From Macrostomum lignano (lineage: Eukaryota), in contig NIVC01004153.1 in NCBI GenBank assembly GCA_002269645.1, positions 1 to 57,665 on the forward strand: a DNA stretch of 57,665 nucleotides, in the 5' to 3' direction. Below are positions 43,984 to 56,074 of the stretch, piece after piece. Position 1 is the stretch's first letter, and every line of letters starts with the position of its first letter. Both the position numbers and the translations under genes were made by a program. The notes below the pieces were generated by a model that saw nothing but the letters and a program-made list of their open reading frames with translations, had not been told where the DNA came from and did no database searches.

Positions 43984-45091
43984 CTGGAGTAAAAACAACC
44001 AAAAAGTCTGTCTTTTTGAATGAATGCTTTTTTTGAGTGTGCAAATGTAACTCTAATAATGACGTAATAATACGTGTAAACGTAATCAAAATGAAATGAC
44101 GTAATAAAAGAGATTCTTTTGCGCAAAAGCACTCACTATTCGGTTCTTTTGTAGATTGCTCACAGCTGTTCTAGTTCAACTATTAATATCTTTTTTTAAT
44201 TTTTAAACTTTGTCATTAATTTATACATGTTGGAAATGTACTACACATTTATGTATACATACCAGACGCAGCCACAGCTGAAATGCTTAGTAAACAATTA
44301 CTATGAGCATATATATGTGACAATAATTATGGATGAGCATAAACTAAAAATTAAATCATCTTTAAGCATAAGATAATGTCAAATCATAACTTATACATGT
44401 ACATGTATCTGCATAAAAAAATCATAATGAGATTTACATAACACATTAAGCATACAAAATATTGGCCCGATCCTATATAGCAATTATAATGCTTAAATAT
44501 TTATGAATTTTGGGGTTCAGCGATGTACTTCGGGAAAAAGCATTGCGGGCAAGTCTCGGCAGGCAAATCACCCGCGGAAAAATTTTACTGCGGCCAAATC
44601 TCGGCGAGAAAAGCTCGACGGTATGTTTATCTATGTAATTCTTTAGACACTCTATAACATTGACTGTTACAGTTATTGTACAGAGTTACAACAATGTTGT
44701 ACTTTGTTGATGTTATTTGTTGGTACTTTATAGTCAGATTAATAATAGGTTTATCTCTGATTGACAACTACGATTTCGGTCGGTTAAACTTATGGTTTTG
44801 AGGAATGAACAAGTTCTTTGTAGTTCAAATCCGCAGACTTGTTTTATTATCACGGAAAATAGTTTAAACAAAAATAAAATATTAAACCAGTAAAAATAAA
44901 TAAAATATATTTCTAATGTAAAGACACTCAAAAAATTAATCAGTTCTTTTAGAGGCCGTCAATTTCTTAGCATATGATCTTAATGATTCTGTTGTTGATG
45001 CACAATTTAATTACGCGTGGAATGCCACATTTAAATTCTTTCATTGCATTGCAAGAGGATTCTTCTTTCTTGGCTTTGTAGTTTATGTCAA

Positions 45092-45286
45092 CAGGGGCGT
45101 GGCCAAGGATGTTGATGGGGGTCATGACCCCCCCCCCCAAGCCGGCTGGCTGATCCAGGCCAAATTTTCGAAATTCAAAACTTAATTTTTTTGTAATTTT
45201 AAATAACAAACCCCTGGTTGCCGCTGTGAGCCTGTGACTGTGAGTGTGACCCCCCCCCCCAGAAGGAAATCCTGGCTACGCCACTG
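45092..45286. mobile_element. hAT-type MITE
   Basis: TIRs CAGGGGCGTGGCCA / TGGCTACGCCACTG; 8-bp TSD tatgtcaa / catgtcaa (one mismatch). Confidence 0.7.
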
Positions 45287-46575
45287 CATGTCAATAAACT
45301 TTGCTTTTTTGATATCTGTTCAATGCAAAGTAACGAAATTATTTCAATTGATCTGTTGCATAACAATCGAAAAGCAAGAAATTTTGGACAGTGCATTAAC
45401 TGATATTTTAAGTACTTTCGATTGCTTGCAGCATATTATTTTTTATAGCTAACATAGTTTTTGGTAGACATTGCTCATTAATGTTATTATTTAATGTACC
45501 TATACATTGTGTCAAGATTATGAAATAAAAAGATTTCGGTTGGGCTTTGAACAAATTCTATTTATGTAGTTATGTTAAATTATAAGCATGTGGCTTTCAA
45601 CTTTGAAAGCATAGGTTAGACTAACTAAACTAGAATATAAAGCCCTTTTCACATTTTTACCATTGTATTTTACATATTTATATCAAATATAGGTTTAAAT
45701 TATCTATATACTTAACTGTGAAAATGTTGAATTATTTATTCCATTCTTTTTTGCAATTATTATAATTTCTTAAAGGATTTTACTTTAGCTTAAAATAAGG
45801 TAATAAAAGGTTCAATTTTGGTTTCTAACTAGGTCCTAAAACAAAATAAAGCAAGCAAAATATATCTTATAAACTAAACTTAACTTAGACTTAGTATACT
45901 AGATTCAATCTATATCAAAAACTAGAAACCAAGTCTATATTTAGTTTATTTACAGTGGTCTGGGTCTTTTACTCAAGGTATTCTAAGTATAGGCAAAAAC
46001 ATTTGCAACATGCTTGTCTAAATGAACTATCTATAATATACTCTCTTTGGACAATCAGCACTTTGATTTGCCCTTTGGACTATATATTCATAGAAATGTT
46101 TTCTTATATAATCTGATATATGCATGAAAAATATATCTTAGACCCTAAGACCCAGAAGATGGCCCTTGACAAACCAAAATATGAGCTATATTGCTGATGG
46201 ATTTAACTATTAAAGCAAACTTTATTGGTTTTCTTTTTTATACTTTTATGCTTACTTACAAGCTGCTATACCTAAATATCCTACTATATATGGGCTAAAG
46301 GTTGAATAGGATTAAATTTTTAGCAAGATTTGGATTTCAATTTTTGCTCAGATCCTGTCCTTCTTCTAATATAGGCACATCTTTAAAATTCTTGTTTTTA
46401 CTAGAGGATTCTTTGTTTTGTCGAATAGAAACTTATATAAGAAAGCATTGCTAATATAATCTATAAATGGCTAGGTGGATAAAACAATTTAAACCATTGC
46501 TTGTTCATTTTTCCCCTTTTGTTTTCTTTCCAATAGAATTATTGACATTGGCAATCAAAATATGAACTTCTGCAG

Positions 46576-47313
46576 GCGTCCCACATTTTGCCTCGTGTGA
46601 TCCTTCTTGGTGACTCACTGACCCAGTTTGGCTGGTCCAGCACCTCTGGCTGGGTTGCTCGCATAGCTGACTCCCTGGCCCGCCGCTGCGACATCGTCAA
46701 CCGTGGCTTCTCGGGCTACAACAGTCGCTGGTGCAGGCTGATCGCGCCAGATCTGTTCCCAGCCGACAGTCTGAAGACTGCAGTTGCTGCTTTTGTCATC
46801 TTCCTGGGCGCTAACGACTCGAACCGTGCCGGCAGCACCACCCAGCACCTGCCGACCGCCGACTACGAGGCCGAGCTCGTCCGCCTCGCTGACTACCTGA
46901 CTGGGCCAGCCGGGCTCAGCCGCGATGCGTTGATTTTCTGCTCCCCGCCGCCAGTTGACGGCGACGCGTGGGACCGCTGCTGCCAGGAGCGGTTCGGCAC
47001 GCCCGGCACCAAGACGCTGGAAGACGTGCCGCCTTATCGAGACGCTTGCAGGCGGGCAGCCGAGGCTGCTGGCGCCACTTTCTGCAACACCTACGACGGC
47101 TTTCTGGAGCACGGGCCGGACGGCGATTGGCGGGGCCTGTTCTGCGACGGGCTGCACTTTGGCCCGGCCGGGGCTGAGCGAATGTTCGACCTGCTGTGGC
47201 CGGAGATTCACAGGCGGACCGAGCGCCTGCCACAGCTGGCGCCGGAGTGGCGGACGGTCGATCCTGGCGATCTGGATGCGTCTCTTGTCAGCTTGATGAA
47301 CTCTCGGGAATAA
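46576..47313 (+). CDS. IAH1: Isoamyl acetate-hydrolysing esterase 1 (SGNH/GDSL); no genomic ATG found, exon starts after the acceptor at 46575
   Basis: LLGDSLTQ, NRGFSGYNSRW, FLGAND, DGLH blocks I, II, III and V. Confidence 0.9.
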   Translation, partial: ASHILPRVILLGDSLTQFGWSSTSGWVARIADSLARRCDIVNRGFSGYNSRWCRLIAPDLFPADSLKTAVAAFVIFLGANDSNRAGSTTQHLPTADYEAELVRLADYLTGPAGLSRDALIFCSPPPVDGDAWDRCCQERFGTPGTKTLEDVPPYRDACRRAAEAAGATFCNTYDGFLEHGPDGDWRGLFCDGLHFGPAGAERMFDLLWPEIHRRTERLPQLAPEWRTVDPGDLDASLVSLMNSRE

Positions 47314-47882
47314 TTATTGGCTTTAGTGTGGGCGGTGGGAACTTTGGATTACACAGGGATATTCAACACAAAGAAGCCTGTGAGCAGCAGAAATATCGCG
47401 AATGATGCCTTGGGAACTCCTTCAATATGACGCATTGCATTTAAAATTCGAATGGTTGATTATAGTAAGAATATAACCAGTTTTCATGCCTCATGAGGTT
47501 TATAAAATGCTCACGTTTGCCTATAAAGCGTATAATTGAAAAAAATTAAATAAACTGTTGTAATTCTACACATTGTGGACAGTTACGCTCGTGCACAGTT
47601 TTCAAAAGGCAGACTGTATGTACTCTTGTATTGTAGGCATGCCTAATCTAGGCCTTAAAATCAAAATCATTACCGCATCCATCTCCACCTTCAGTTTGCT
47701 TTTAAAAGACGTTTTCAAACAAAGTTAGGAGAACTTAGTTGATTTTACTATGGTGCTTCATGCATATACTTCCACTCCTCCGTTTTAATGAAGATAAATC
47801 GTAGCTTGATTTTCTGCTCTGTTGCTTTTACGCCATATTAAAATATTTCACTATTCTTCCGCTTTCCAGAAAGTAGTCTCTG

Positions 47883-49952
47883 ATGGCCGATGCCGGCGAC
47901 AATGTACGCGTGGTGGTGCGCTGTCGCCCCATCAATCAGAAGGAGAAGGACGCCGGCAACAAGGTGATTGTGAAAGTTGATGAGCTGCGCGGCTCCATCG
48001 AGATCACCAATCCGGCCGGGCCGCCTAGTGAGCCACCGAAAACATTCACTTTTGACATCGTTTTCGGCATGACCTGCAAACAGGTGGACATTTATAACAA
48101 AGTGGCCAGGCCCATTGTTGATTGTGTTATTGAAGGCTACAATGGCACGATATTCGCGTATGGCCAGACCGGAACGGGCAAGACTTTCACGATGGAAGGC
48201 GTCAGGACCGTACCTGAGCTCCGTGGCATCATCCCGAACTCGTTTGCTCACATCTTCGGCGCCATCAGCAAGGCGACAGCCAATGTGACCTTTCTTGTGC
48301 GGGTCTCGTATCTAGAGATCTACAACGAGGAGGTGCGCGACCTGCTGGGCAAGGATCAGACAGCCAGACTAGAAGTGAAAGAGCGGCCCGATGTGGGAGT
48401 GTACGTGAAGGATCTGTGCAGCTTTGTGTGTCACAATCCGGACGAAATGGACAAGCTGATGACCGTCGGAAACAAGAATCGTGTTGTAGGAGCCACGAAC
48501 ATGAACGAGCATAGCTCACGTTCTCATGCAATTTACACTGTGACGGTGGAATGTTCCGAAAAAGCAGTGACTGGTAAAACGATGCTCCGACAAGGCAAGC
48601 TGCATCTTGTAGACTTGGCTGGCAGCGAGCGTCAGGCAAAGACCGGAGCCACTGGTGTGAGGCTGAAGGAAGCCACAAAGATCAACTTGTCGCTGAGTAC
48701 TCTTGGCAACGTGATTTCTGCACTTGTCGATGGAAAGAGTACCCACATTCCATACCGCAACAGCAAGCTCACTCGACTTCTTCAGGACTCACTTGGAGGC
48801 AACAGCAAGACCGTAATGTGCGCCAACTTTGGTCCAGCTGACTACAACTTTGATGAAACAATCAGTACTTTGAGATACGCAAATCGGGCGAAGAACATCA
48901 AGAACAATGCTAAGATCAATGAGGATCCTAAAGATGCAATGCTGAGACAGTTCCAGAAAGAGATTGAGGATCTGAAGAAGCAGTTGGAGGATGGTGGCGG
49001 CATTCCAGAGGGAGACGAAGATGATGAAGATGACGAGGATGATGAGGACGTCGTTGTTGGCGAAGACGGGCAAGAACGTCGAGTTCGCAAGCGGCGCGCC
49101 CTTAAAAGCCTTTCTAAAGACCAGATGCAGGAAATCGAGCAGCGCATTGCCGCAGATCGCCGTCGATTAGAAAAAGATCAAAACATGGCTGAAGAGGAGC
49201 GCGACCGCGTTCGCCAGCAGCTGGAATCGCAGGAGCGCGAGCTCACGCGTCACCGTCAAGAGCAGCGGGCACTTGAACAGAAGCTGTCGGACCTGGAGAA
49301 GCGTCTTATCGTTGGTGGCGAGAACCTGTTGGAGAAGGCGACTGAACAGGAGCGGCTTCTTGAACAGAATGCAAAAGAGTTGGAGGCTAGGCGCCGGGAG
49401 GAAGAGCGACTTCGAACGCAGTTAAAAGAGAAGGAGCAAGCAAAGGTCGAGATTGAAGATCGCTACCGCAGTCTGGACGAAGAAGCCACTGCTAAGACGC
49501 GGAAGCTAAAGCGTCTTTGGCAGGTGTACATGGAAGCAAAGTCTGAGCTAGCCGACGTGCAAGAAGAGCACCAGCGCGAGATGGAAGGCTTGCTAGAAAA
49601 CGTGCGACAACTGAGCAGAGATCTGCGCCTGCAGATGCTCGCTATTGACCAATGCATCCCGCGCGAATATCAGGAACTCATCGAGAGCAACGTTGTATAC
49701 AATGATGCCATCGGCGAGTGGCAACTCAAGGGTGTGGCCTACTCAGGCAATAACATGCGCAAGCGAGCCGCTGAAGCGGAGGAGAAAGAGAAGAAAGAGT
49801 TGGAGGAGAAGTTTGCGGAGCCGCCGCTGGAGACGGTGTACTTGCGCTATAGTGAGCGGCTGGACAGTGCCGTGTTCAAGCCAAGCGCTCGGTCCGCCAA
49901 AGGCAAAAAGTCGGCTAAAAGTGGCGGTAGGAAAAAGAAATCTGCTGCATAA
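47883..49952 (+). CDS. KIF3A: Kinesin-2 motor subunit, KIF3A/KRP85-like, intronless, 689 aa
   Basis: [23 protein letters not shown], acidic hinge, [20 protein letters not shown]. Confidence 0.92.
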   Translation: MADAGDNVRVVVRCRPINQKEKDAGNKVIVKVDELRGSIEITNPAGPPSEPPKTFTFDIVFGMTCKQVDIYNKVARPIVDCVIEGYNGTIFAYGQTGTGKTFTMEGVRTVPELRGIIPNSFAHIFGAISKATANVTFLVRVSYLEIYNEEVRDLLGKDQTARLEVKERPDVGVYVKDLCSFVCHNPDEMDKLMTVGNKNRVVGATNMNEHSSRSHAIYTVTVECSEKAVTGKTMLRQGKLHLVDLAGSERQAKTGATGVRLKEATKINLSLSTLGNVISALVDGKSTHIPYRNSKLTRLLQDSLGGNSKTVMCANFGPADYNFDETISTLRYANRAKNIKNNAKINEDPKDAMLRQFQKEIEDLKKQLEDGGGIPEGDEDDEDDEDDEDVVVGEDGQERRVRKRRALKSLSKDQMQEIEQRIAADRRRLEKDQNMAEEERDRVRQQLESQERELTRHRQEQRALEQKLSDLEKRLIVGGENLLEKATEQERLLEQNAKELEARRREEERLRTQLKEKEQAKVEIEDRYRSLDEEATAKTRKLKRLWQVYMEAKSELADVQEEHQREMEGLLENVRQLSRDLRLQMLAIDQCIPREYQELIESNVVYNDAIGEWQLKGVAYSGNNMRKRAAEAEEKEKKELEEKFAEPPLETVYLRYSERLDSAVFKPSARSAKGKKSAKSGGRKKKSAA

Positions 49953-50965
49953 AATTGTGGCCTTTTCTGCATGTTGAGTAACAGTTAATTTGCTGTTTTG
50001 GACATCAACAAGTCTTTATTTGTCTATCGTTCTATTGACAAGAGTTTCCTAACAATCTCAGTTTCTAATGAAGCAATTGTTTTTTAAAGAAAAAAGTATC
50101 CCAGGTAAATTTATCAGTAATCAATGTTTCTTTAGGTCACTACTTAGTAATCTTGTTACTCTAGTCACTGTTTTACCTGTTTTATTATGTATGCAGTGTC
50201 ATGCCTGTTTCTGACTGCTTTTGTTCTCTAGGCAATTACTTGAGCTCTACTGCCTTTCTCAATGTCGGTTTGCGTCTTTTATGTCACAGATTCGTTCTAT
50301 TTTTTATATTCAACTTAGTATGGTTATACAGACGTGCAATTTTTGGTTTTTCTCACAAATCTTATGATGTTTATAATATTATCTCTAATCATTGCAATAT
50401 TTGACTTTAGTATATTTTCACAGTTACCCTAAATATCTCTTCAGTAGTCTCTGAGAATCTCTGACAACTTTAATTGCCTAGCACCTGTTTTCTTATGTCT
50501 TATTGTTTTTATTTAAATATATATACTGTAGGCTAAAAAATGATCCCTAAAGTCACAACGTCTTTATTTATTTTAAATGTATGTGTACAATACTACTTCG
50601 AACTTTAGCTAATGCTACAGCTTTACTTTAAATTTGTTTAACTTTTTTACTTTCAGTGTTCAAATTGTAATACGCACATATACTTAAGTATGTCACTAGC
50701 TACTACGCACGTATTTTAAGTCATGGGTCAAAAGCTAACAATTTTCTTAACTCTTTGCTTTAGCCTTAGACTGTCTAGAGACGAGTCCAATTGATGCTCC
50801 GTGAAAGTAGTTCTAGAATAGTTGTTCATTAGAAACCCTGAGCTAGGGTTTCCGAGACTTCAGTTTTTCTACGAAACCATAATATTAGCGTTTGGAATAA
50901 GTAGGTTGATCTCGTTAACCTTAATTATTTTTTAAAATTTCCTTTACTTCTGCAAGAAGCTTCCA

Positions 50966-52398
50966 ATGTCGGAAGAAGAAAATAATTTTATTGTGGCGGT
51001 GAGGTGCCGGCCACTCAGTCAAAAAGAGATCACCGAAGGCAACAAGGTGACTGTGAAAATTGACGAGCTCAGAGGAACAGTTGAAATCACGGAGCCAAAT
51101 GTTGTTCGCCAAGAAGGAATGGCCAGTCACGCGGGAGAGCCTAAGACATTTACATTCGATCACGTGTTCGGCATGCAGAGCAAGCAGGTGGACATTTATA
51201 ACAAAGTGGCCAGACGAATTGTCGATTTCGTTTTGGAAGGCTACAATGGCACGATATTCGCGTATGGCCAGACCGGAACGGGCAAGACTTTCACGATGGA
51301 AGGTGTCAGGACCGTACCTGAGCTTCGTGGCATCATCCCGAACTCGTTTGCTCACATCTTCGGCGCCATCAGCAAGGCGACGGCGAATGTGACCTTTCTT
51401 GTGCGAGTCTCGTATCTGGAGATCTACAACGAGGAGGTGCGCGACCTGCTGGGCAAGGATCAGACAGCCAAACTAGAAGTGAAAGAGCGGCCCGATGTGG
51501 GAGTGTACGTGAAGGATCTGTGCAGCTTTGTGTGTCCAGTCCGGACGAAATTAACCAACTTTTAATCGATGGCGCAAGGAATCGAATGTTTCATGCGACA
51601 CGCATGGGCAGGCTAAGCTCTAGATCCAACAGGGTGTTAACAGTAACAATCGAGTGTTTAGAGCAAGGCCAAAATGGTAAAATAGTGGTGCGTCAAGGCA
51701 AACTGCATCTTGTAGTTTTTGCTGGTAGCGAGCGTCAGTCAAACGCTGGAGTCACTGGCGTGCGGCTGAAGGAGGCCTCTAAGATAGGCATGTCTATGAG
51801 TCCTTTTGGCAAAGTGATATCAGCACTCGTTGATGGGAAAAGTGTCCACATCCCTTACCGCGACAGCAAGCTCACTCGTATACTTAAGGATTCACTAGGT
51901 GGTAACAGCAAGACATTAATGTGCGCCAACTTCAGTCCAGCTGACTGTAACTATAAGGAGACTATAAGTACGTTAAGATTGGCCTGTAGAGCAAAGAGAG
52001 TCACTAATAGTGCCAAGATTAACGAGGATCCAAAAGACGCGATGCTGAGGCAGTTCCAAAAGGAGATTGAACAGTTAAAAAGTCAACTGGAGTGTTGCGA
52101 CAGAATTTCAGGCACGAACTGCGATGTTACAGACGCTGCTGCTACGAGTAAAGAAGACAGACACGGGCGTTCTGTTTGTAAGCAGCATGCGTTTAAGAGC
52201 CTCTCTAATGAGCAGATGCTGGAAATTGAGCGTCACTTCGCTGGCCGTCTCCGACCAGAACACGATCCAAACATACCTGAACGGGAGCTTGACCAGTTTC
52301 ACCATCAGTTGGTTTGGAGAAGCTCAGACTGTCTCCATTGGAGATTGTGTGCCATTCCAGCTGCAATCAGCCAGGCAGTGCTGTTTTTAAATCCGTGA
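50966..52398 (+). pseudogene. Chimeric, frameshifted and truncated KIF3A-like copy
   Basis: 5' part nearly identical to the copy at 53299; one A missing near 51537; 3' part divergent with MGRLSSRSN and VFAGSE; stalk and tail absent. Confidence 0.75.
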
Positions 52399-53298
52399 TT
52401 CAGTTGTATTTATCCTGGGTAAAATCGCGGCGGTTTCGATATAGAAATACTGATCAACGCACTAGCGTTTTGTTTTGATAGGTTATTTTCTCTTTATTGT
52501 AGTTCGTTTTGTGTCTGTTTTTTAAAAATTACATCATTGGAAAATTGTTCACTCGATTTGTAAACTAATATACTTTTGAGGAAGCTTCGTATCTCCAACT
52601 CACTCTGGTATTCTCTGTTTTTCTCTGCCACGATACTTTACATGTATAAGTACGATTGTTTACAAATCTTACGCTACTGTGTTCAACTTTGGATTTAAAG
52701 CCAGCAAAATAACCATTTTAATACCTATTTTGCTTTTGAGATTATCGCAATTAAGCGATACATGTAGAATTACTTGGCTATACTTTCTAGCTTTCAGGCA
52801 ATTAAGTACTATGCTATTTGTACTGATTGGCCTTCAGAACATCACAAGGATTTGAAACTGCGCCTTAAGAAGTGCTTGAAAACTTTACTGATTCCGTATT
52901 TGATTGTTCCGAAATGTGCTTTCTGCTTTTTATCCAGCCTATCTAGTGAGGCCTAATCGAACTATCTCATATTTTTAATGCATTTGTGAACTTTGAAGAT
53001 GACAAACTCTTTTACAACAGATACTTTTTAATATTACTAGTATACAATTCATGAGTTTATATTGTAGTAAGAAAATTTACTTGCAAAAAAATTCAAATCA
53101 ATAAGTTAATAATCTTCTCTATGTATAATTTTCGATTTCCGTTTGGCTAAATTTGTAAACAATGTAAAAATAGGTCATTCTGTGTATTAGGCTATTAGCA
53201 TTAGAACTTTCAAACAATTTGCATTTAGAGTTTCTCCTAAACAACTATTAAAGTAGCAGCCATATTTTACTATAAGAACGCCTTTTCTCTTTCATGCA

Positions 53299-55377
53299 AT
53301 GTCGGAAGAAAAGGAAGACAACGTCAAGGTGGTGGTGAGGTGCCGGCCACTCAGTCAAAAAGAGATCACCGAAGGCAACAAGGTGACTGTGAAGATTGAC
53401 GAGCTCAGAGGAACAGTTGAAATCACGGAGCCGAATGTTGTTCGCCAAGAAGGGATGGCCAGTCACGTGGGAGAGCCTAAGACATTTACATTCGATCACG
53501 TGTTCGGCATGCAGAGCAAGCAGGTGGACATTTATAACAAAGTGGCCAGACGAATTGTCGATTTCGTTCTGGAAGGCTACAATGGCACGATATTCGCGTA
53601 TGGCCAGACCGGAACGGGCAAGACTTTCACGATGGAAGGCGTCAGGACCGTTCCTGAGCTTCGTGGCATCATCCCGAACTCGTTTGCTCACATCTTCGGC
53701 GCCATCAGCAAGGCGACAGCCAATGTGACCTTTCTTGTGCGAGTCTCGTATCTGGAGATCTACAACGAGGAGGTGCGCGACCTGCTGGGCAAGGATCAGA
53801 CAGCCAAACTAGATGTGAAAGAGCGGCCCGATGTGGGAGTGTACGTGAAGGATCTGTGCAGCTTTGTGTGTCACAGTCCGGACGAAATGGACAAGCTGAT
53901 GACCGTCGGAAACAAGAACCGTGTTGTAGGAGCCACGAACATGAACGAGCATAGCTCACGTTCTCATGCAATTTACACTGTGACTGTGGAATGTTCCGAA
54001 AAAGCAGTGACTGGTAAAACGATGCTCCGACAAGGCAAGCTGCATCTTGTAGACTTGGCTGGCAGCGAGCGTCAGGCAAAGACCGGAGCCACTGGTGTGA
54101 GACTGAAGGAAGCCACAAAGATCAACTTGTCGCTGAGTACCCTTGGCAACGTGATTTCTGCACTTGTCGATGGAAAGAGTACCCACATTCCATACCGCAA
54201 CAGTAAGCTCACTCGACTTCTTCAGGACTCACTTGGAGGCAACAGCAAGACCGTAATGTGCGCCAACTTTGGTCCAGCTGACTACAATTTTGACGAAACT
54301 ATGAGCACGTTACGATACGCAAATCGGGCAAAGAACATCAAGAACAATGCTAAGATCAATGAGGATCCGAAAGACGCAATGCTGAGACAGTTCCAGAAGG
54401 AGATTGAGGATCTGAAGAAGCAGTTGGAGGATGGTGGTGGCATTCCAGAGGGAGACGAAGATGATGAAGATGACGAGGATGATGAAGACGTTGTCGTTGG
54501 AGAAGGCAAGGAGAGGAAAAAGCGCAATCAATTCCGTGGCTTGTCTGACGAAGAGATAAAAAAAATTGAGATTAATCTTCAGTCTGATTTGAAGAAACTC
54601 GAAAGCGACTCTCGCTTGTCAGAAAAAGAAAAGAATGACGCTCTTAAAAGACTTCAAGCGAAGCAACAGGAGCTGGACGAGCACATGAAGGATCGCCTTG
54701 CACTGCAGCGTAAGATGGAGAACCTCATGGGTCGGCTTATTGTTGGCGGTGAAAACTTGCTGGAGAAATCTGAGGCGCAGGAGAAGCTACTTGAAAAGAC
54801 AAATCTGGAGCTGCAACAGCGCAAGAAGGAAGAGGAGCGACTCCGCGCTCAGCTGAAAGAGAAAGAGCAGGCCAAAGTTGAGATTGAGGATCGCTATCGC
54901 AGTCTTGGCGAAGAGGAAGAAGGAAAGACGCGTAAGCTAAAAAAGGTTTGGGAACTTTACACAAAGACGAAGGATGAGCTTGTAGAAATCAACGAGGTTC
55001 ACCAACGCGAGATGGAAGGCCTGCTGGAAAATGTGCGCCAACTAAGCAAAGATCTGCGCCAGCAGTTGCTGATCATTGACCAATGCATTCCTCGGGAGTA
55101 TCAGGAGCTCATTGAGCGGAACATTATTTGGAACGAATCCACAGGCGAGTGGCAGCTGAAGGGTATAGCCTACTCAGGCAACAACATGCGCAAGCGGGCC
55201 GCCGAAGCCGAGGAGAAAGAGAAGAAGGAGATGGAAGATAAGTTTGCCGAGCTGCCGCTGGAGTCGGTGTACCTGTCATATAGCGAGCAGTTGGATCATC
55301 AGGTGTTCAAGCAGAGTGGCGGAAAATCCAAAAAGTCGAGTAAGCGTAACAAGCGCAGAGCGGCGAACCATGATTAA
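53299..55377 (+). CDS. KIF3A: Kinesin-2 motor subunit, KIF3A/KRP85-like, intronless, 692 aa
   Basis: Same motor motifs as copy 1; divergent N-terminus and stalk. Confidence 0.92.
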   Translation: MSEEKEDNVKVVVRCRPLSQKEITEGNKVTVKIDELRGTVEITEPNVVRQEGMASHVGEPKTFTFDHVFGMQSKQVDIYNKVARRIVDFVLEGYNGTIFAYGQTGTGKTFTMEGVRTVPELRGIIPNSFAHIFGAISKATANVTFLVRVSYLEIYNEEVRDLLGKDQTAKLDVKERPDVGVYVKDLCSFVCHSPDEMDKLMTVGNKNRVVGATNMNEHSSRSHAIYTVTVECSEKAVTGKTMLRQGKLHLVDLAGSERQAKTGATGVRLKEATKINLSLSTLGNVISALVDGKSTHIPYRNSKLTRLLQDSLGGNSKTVMCANFGPADYNFDETMSTLRYANRAKNIKNNAKINEDPKDAMLRQFQKEIEDLKKQLEDGGGIPEGDEDDEDDEDDEDVVVGEGKERKKRNQFRGLSDEEIKKIEINLQSDLKKLESDSRLSEKEKNDALKRLQAKQQELDEHMKDRLALQRKMENLMGRLIVGGENLLEKSEAQEKLLEKTNLELQQRKKEEERLRAQLKEKEQAKVEIEDRYRSLGEEEEGKTRKLKKVWELYTKTKDELVEINEVHQREMEGLLENVRQLSKDLRQQLLIIDQCIPREYQELIERNIIWNESTGEWQLKGIAYSGNNMRKRAAEAEEKEKKEMEDKFAELPLESVYLSYSEQLDHQVFKQSGGKSKKSSKRNKRRAANHD

Positions 55378-55689
55378 CTCCGTTAGAGAAAAGATTTTCT
55401 TATTCACTCGAAATTTTCGCTTATCTGTACTTCATAATCATATTGGTTGAAAGTGCTGAGCTTTTTTACTTCAGATATAATTTATAGTTTTACTTGGAAG
55501 TAGATCTCCAAAACTTTTATTTCAATCTGACGCCTGCTTCTCGGGGGTTGCATATATACGTGCTGCCAAGACCGGGAAACTTAAGCGTTTTTGTATATAG
55601 GATGCCAGATGAGACTACTCAATAATAACAGAAATTTTGAATTCCTGGAGTAGAAAGAACGACTCTCTAGTGACTTTTCAGAAATTTAG

Positions 55690-55945
55690 CAGTACTGTAT
55701 AGTCACTTTTTACCACTTTAGTGACCCTGGTAGCTCTGTAGTGACTGCTGTACTGCTGTAGTGACTCTGGTAGCACTGTAGTGACTGCGGTACTGCTGTA
55801 GTGACTCTGGTAGCACTGTAGTGACTGCGGTACTGCTGTAGTGACTCTGGTAGCACTGCAGTGACTGCGTACTGCTGTAGTGACTCTGGTAGCACTGTAA
55901 TGACTGCAGTACTGCTGTAGTGACTCTGGTAGCACTGTAATTACT
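55690..55945. repeat. 40-bp (2 x 20) minisatellite
   Basis: GTGACTCTGG recurs at 55761, 55801 and onward. Confidence 0.85.
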
Positions 55946-56074
55946 CCGGTCCTTTTGTAGTGACCCTTAGAAATCCTGTTCTGTAAGCCAGCTGTAACAA
56001 CCCCTGTAATATTTCCAAGGGGTTTTAAAGTTTGACTTTCTGTCGTATTTCAGCGAAAAAGTAATATCAATTTG

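Noticed and set aside
47838-54531. Repeated minus-strand ORFs ([10 protein letters not shown]..., MWLPS...)
   Set aside because: Antisense shadows of the three kinesin copies.
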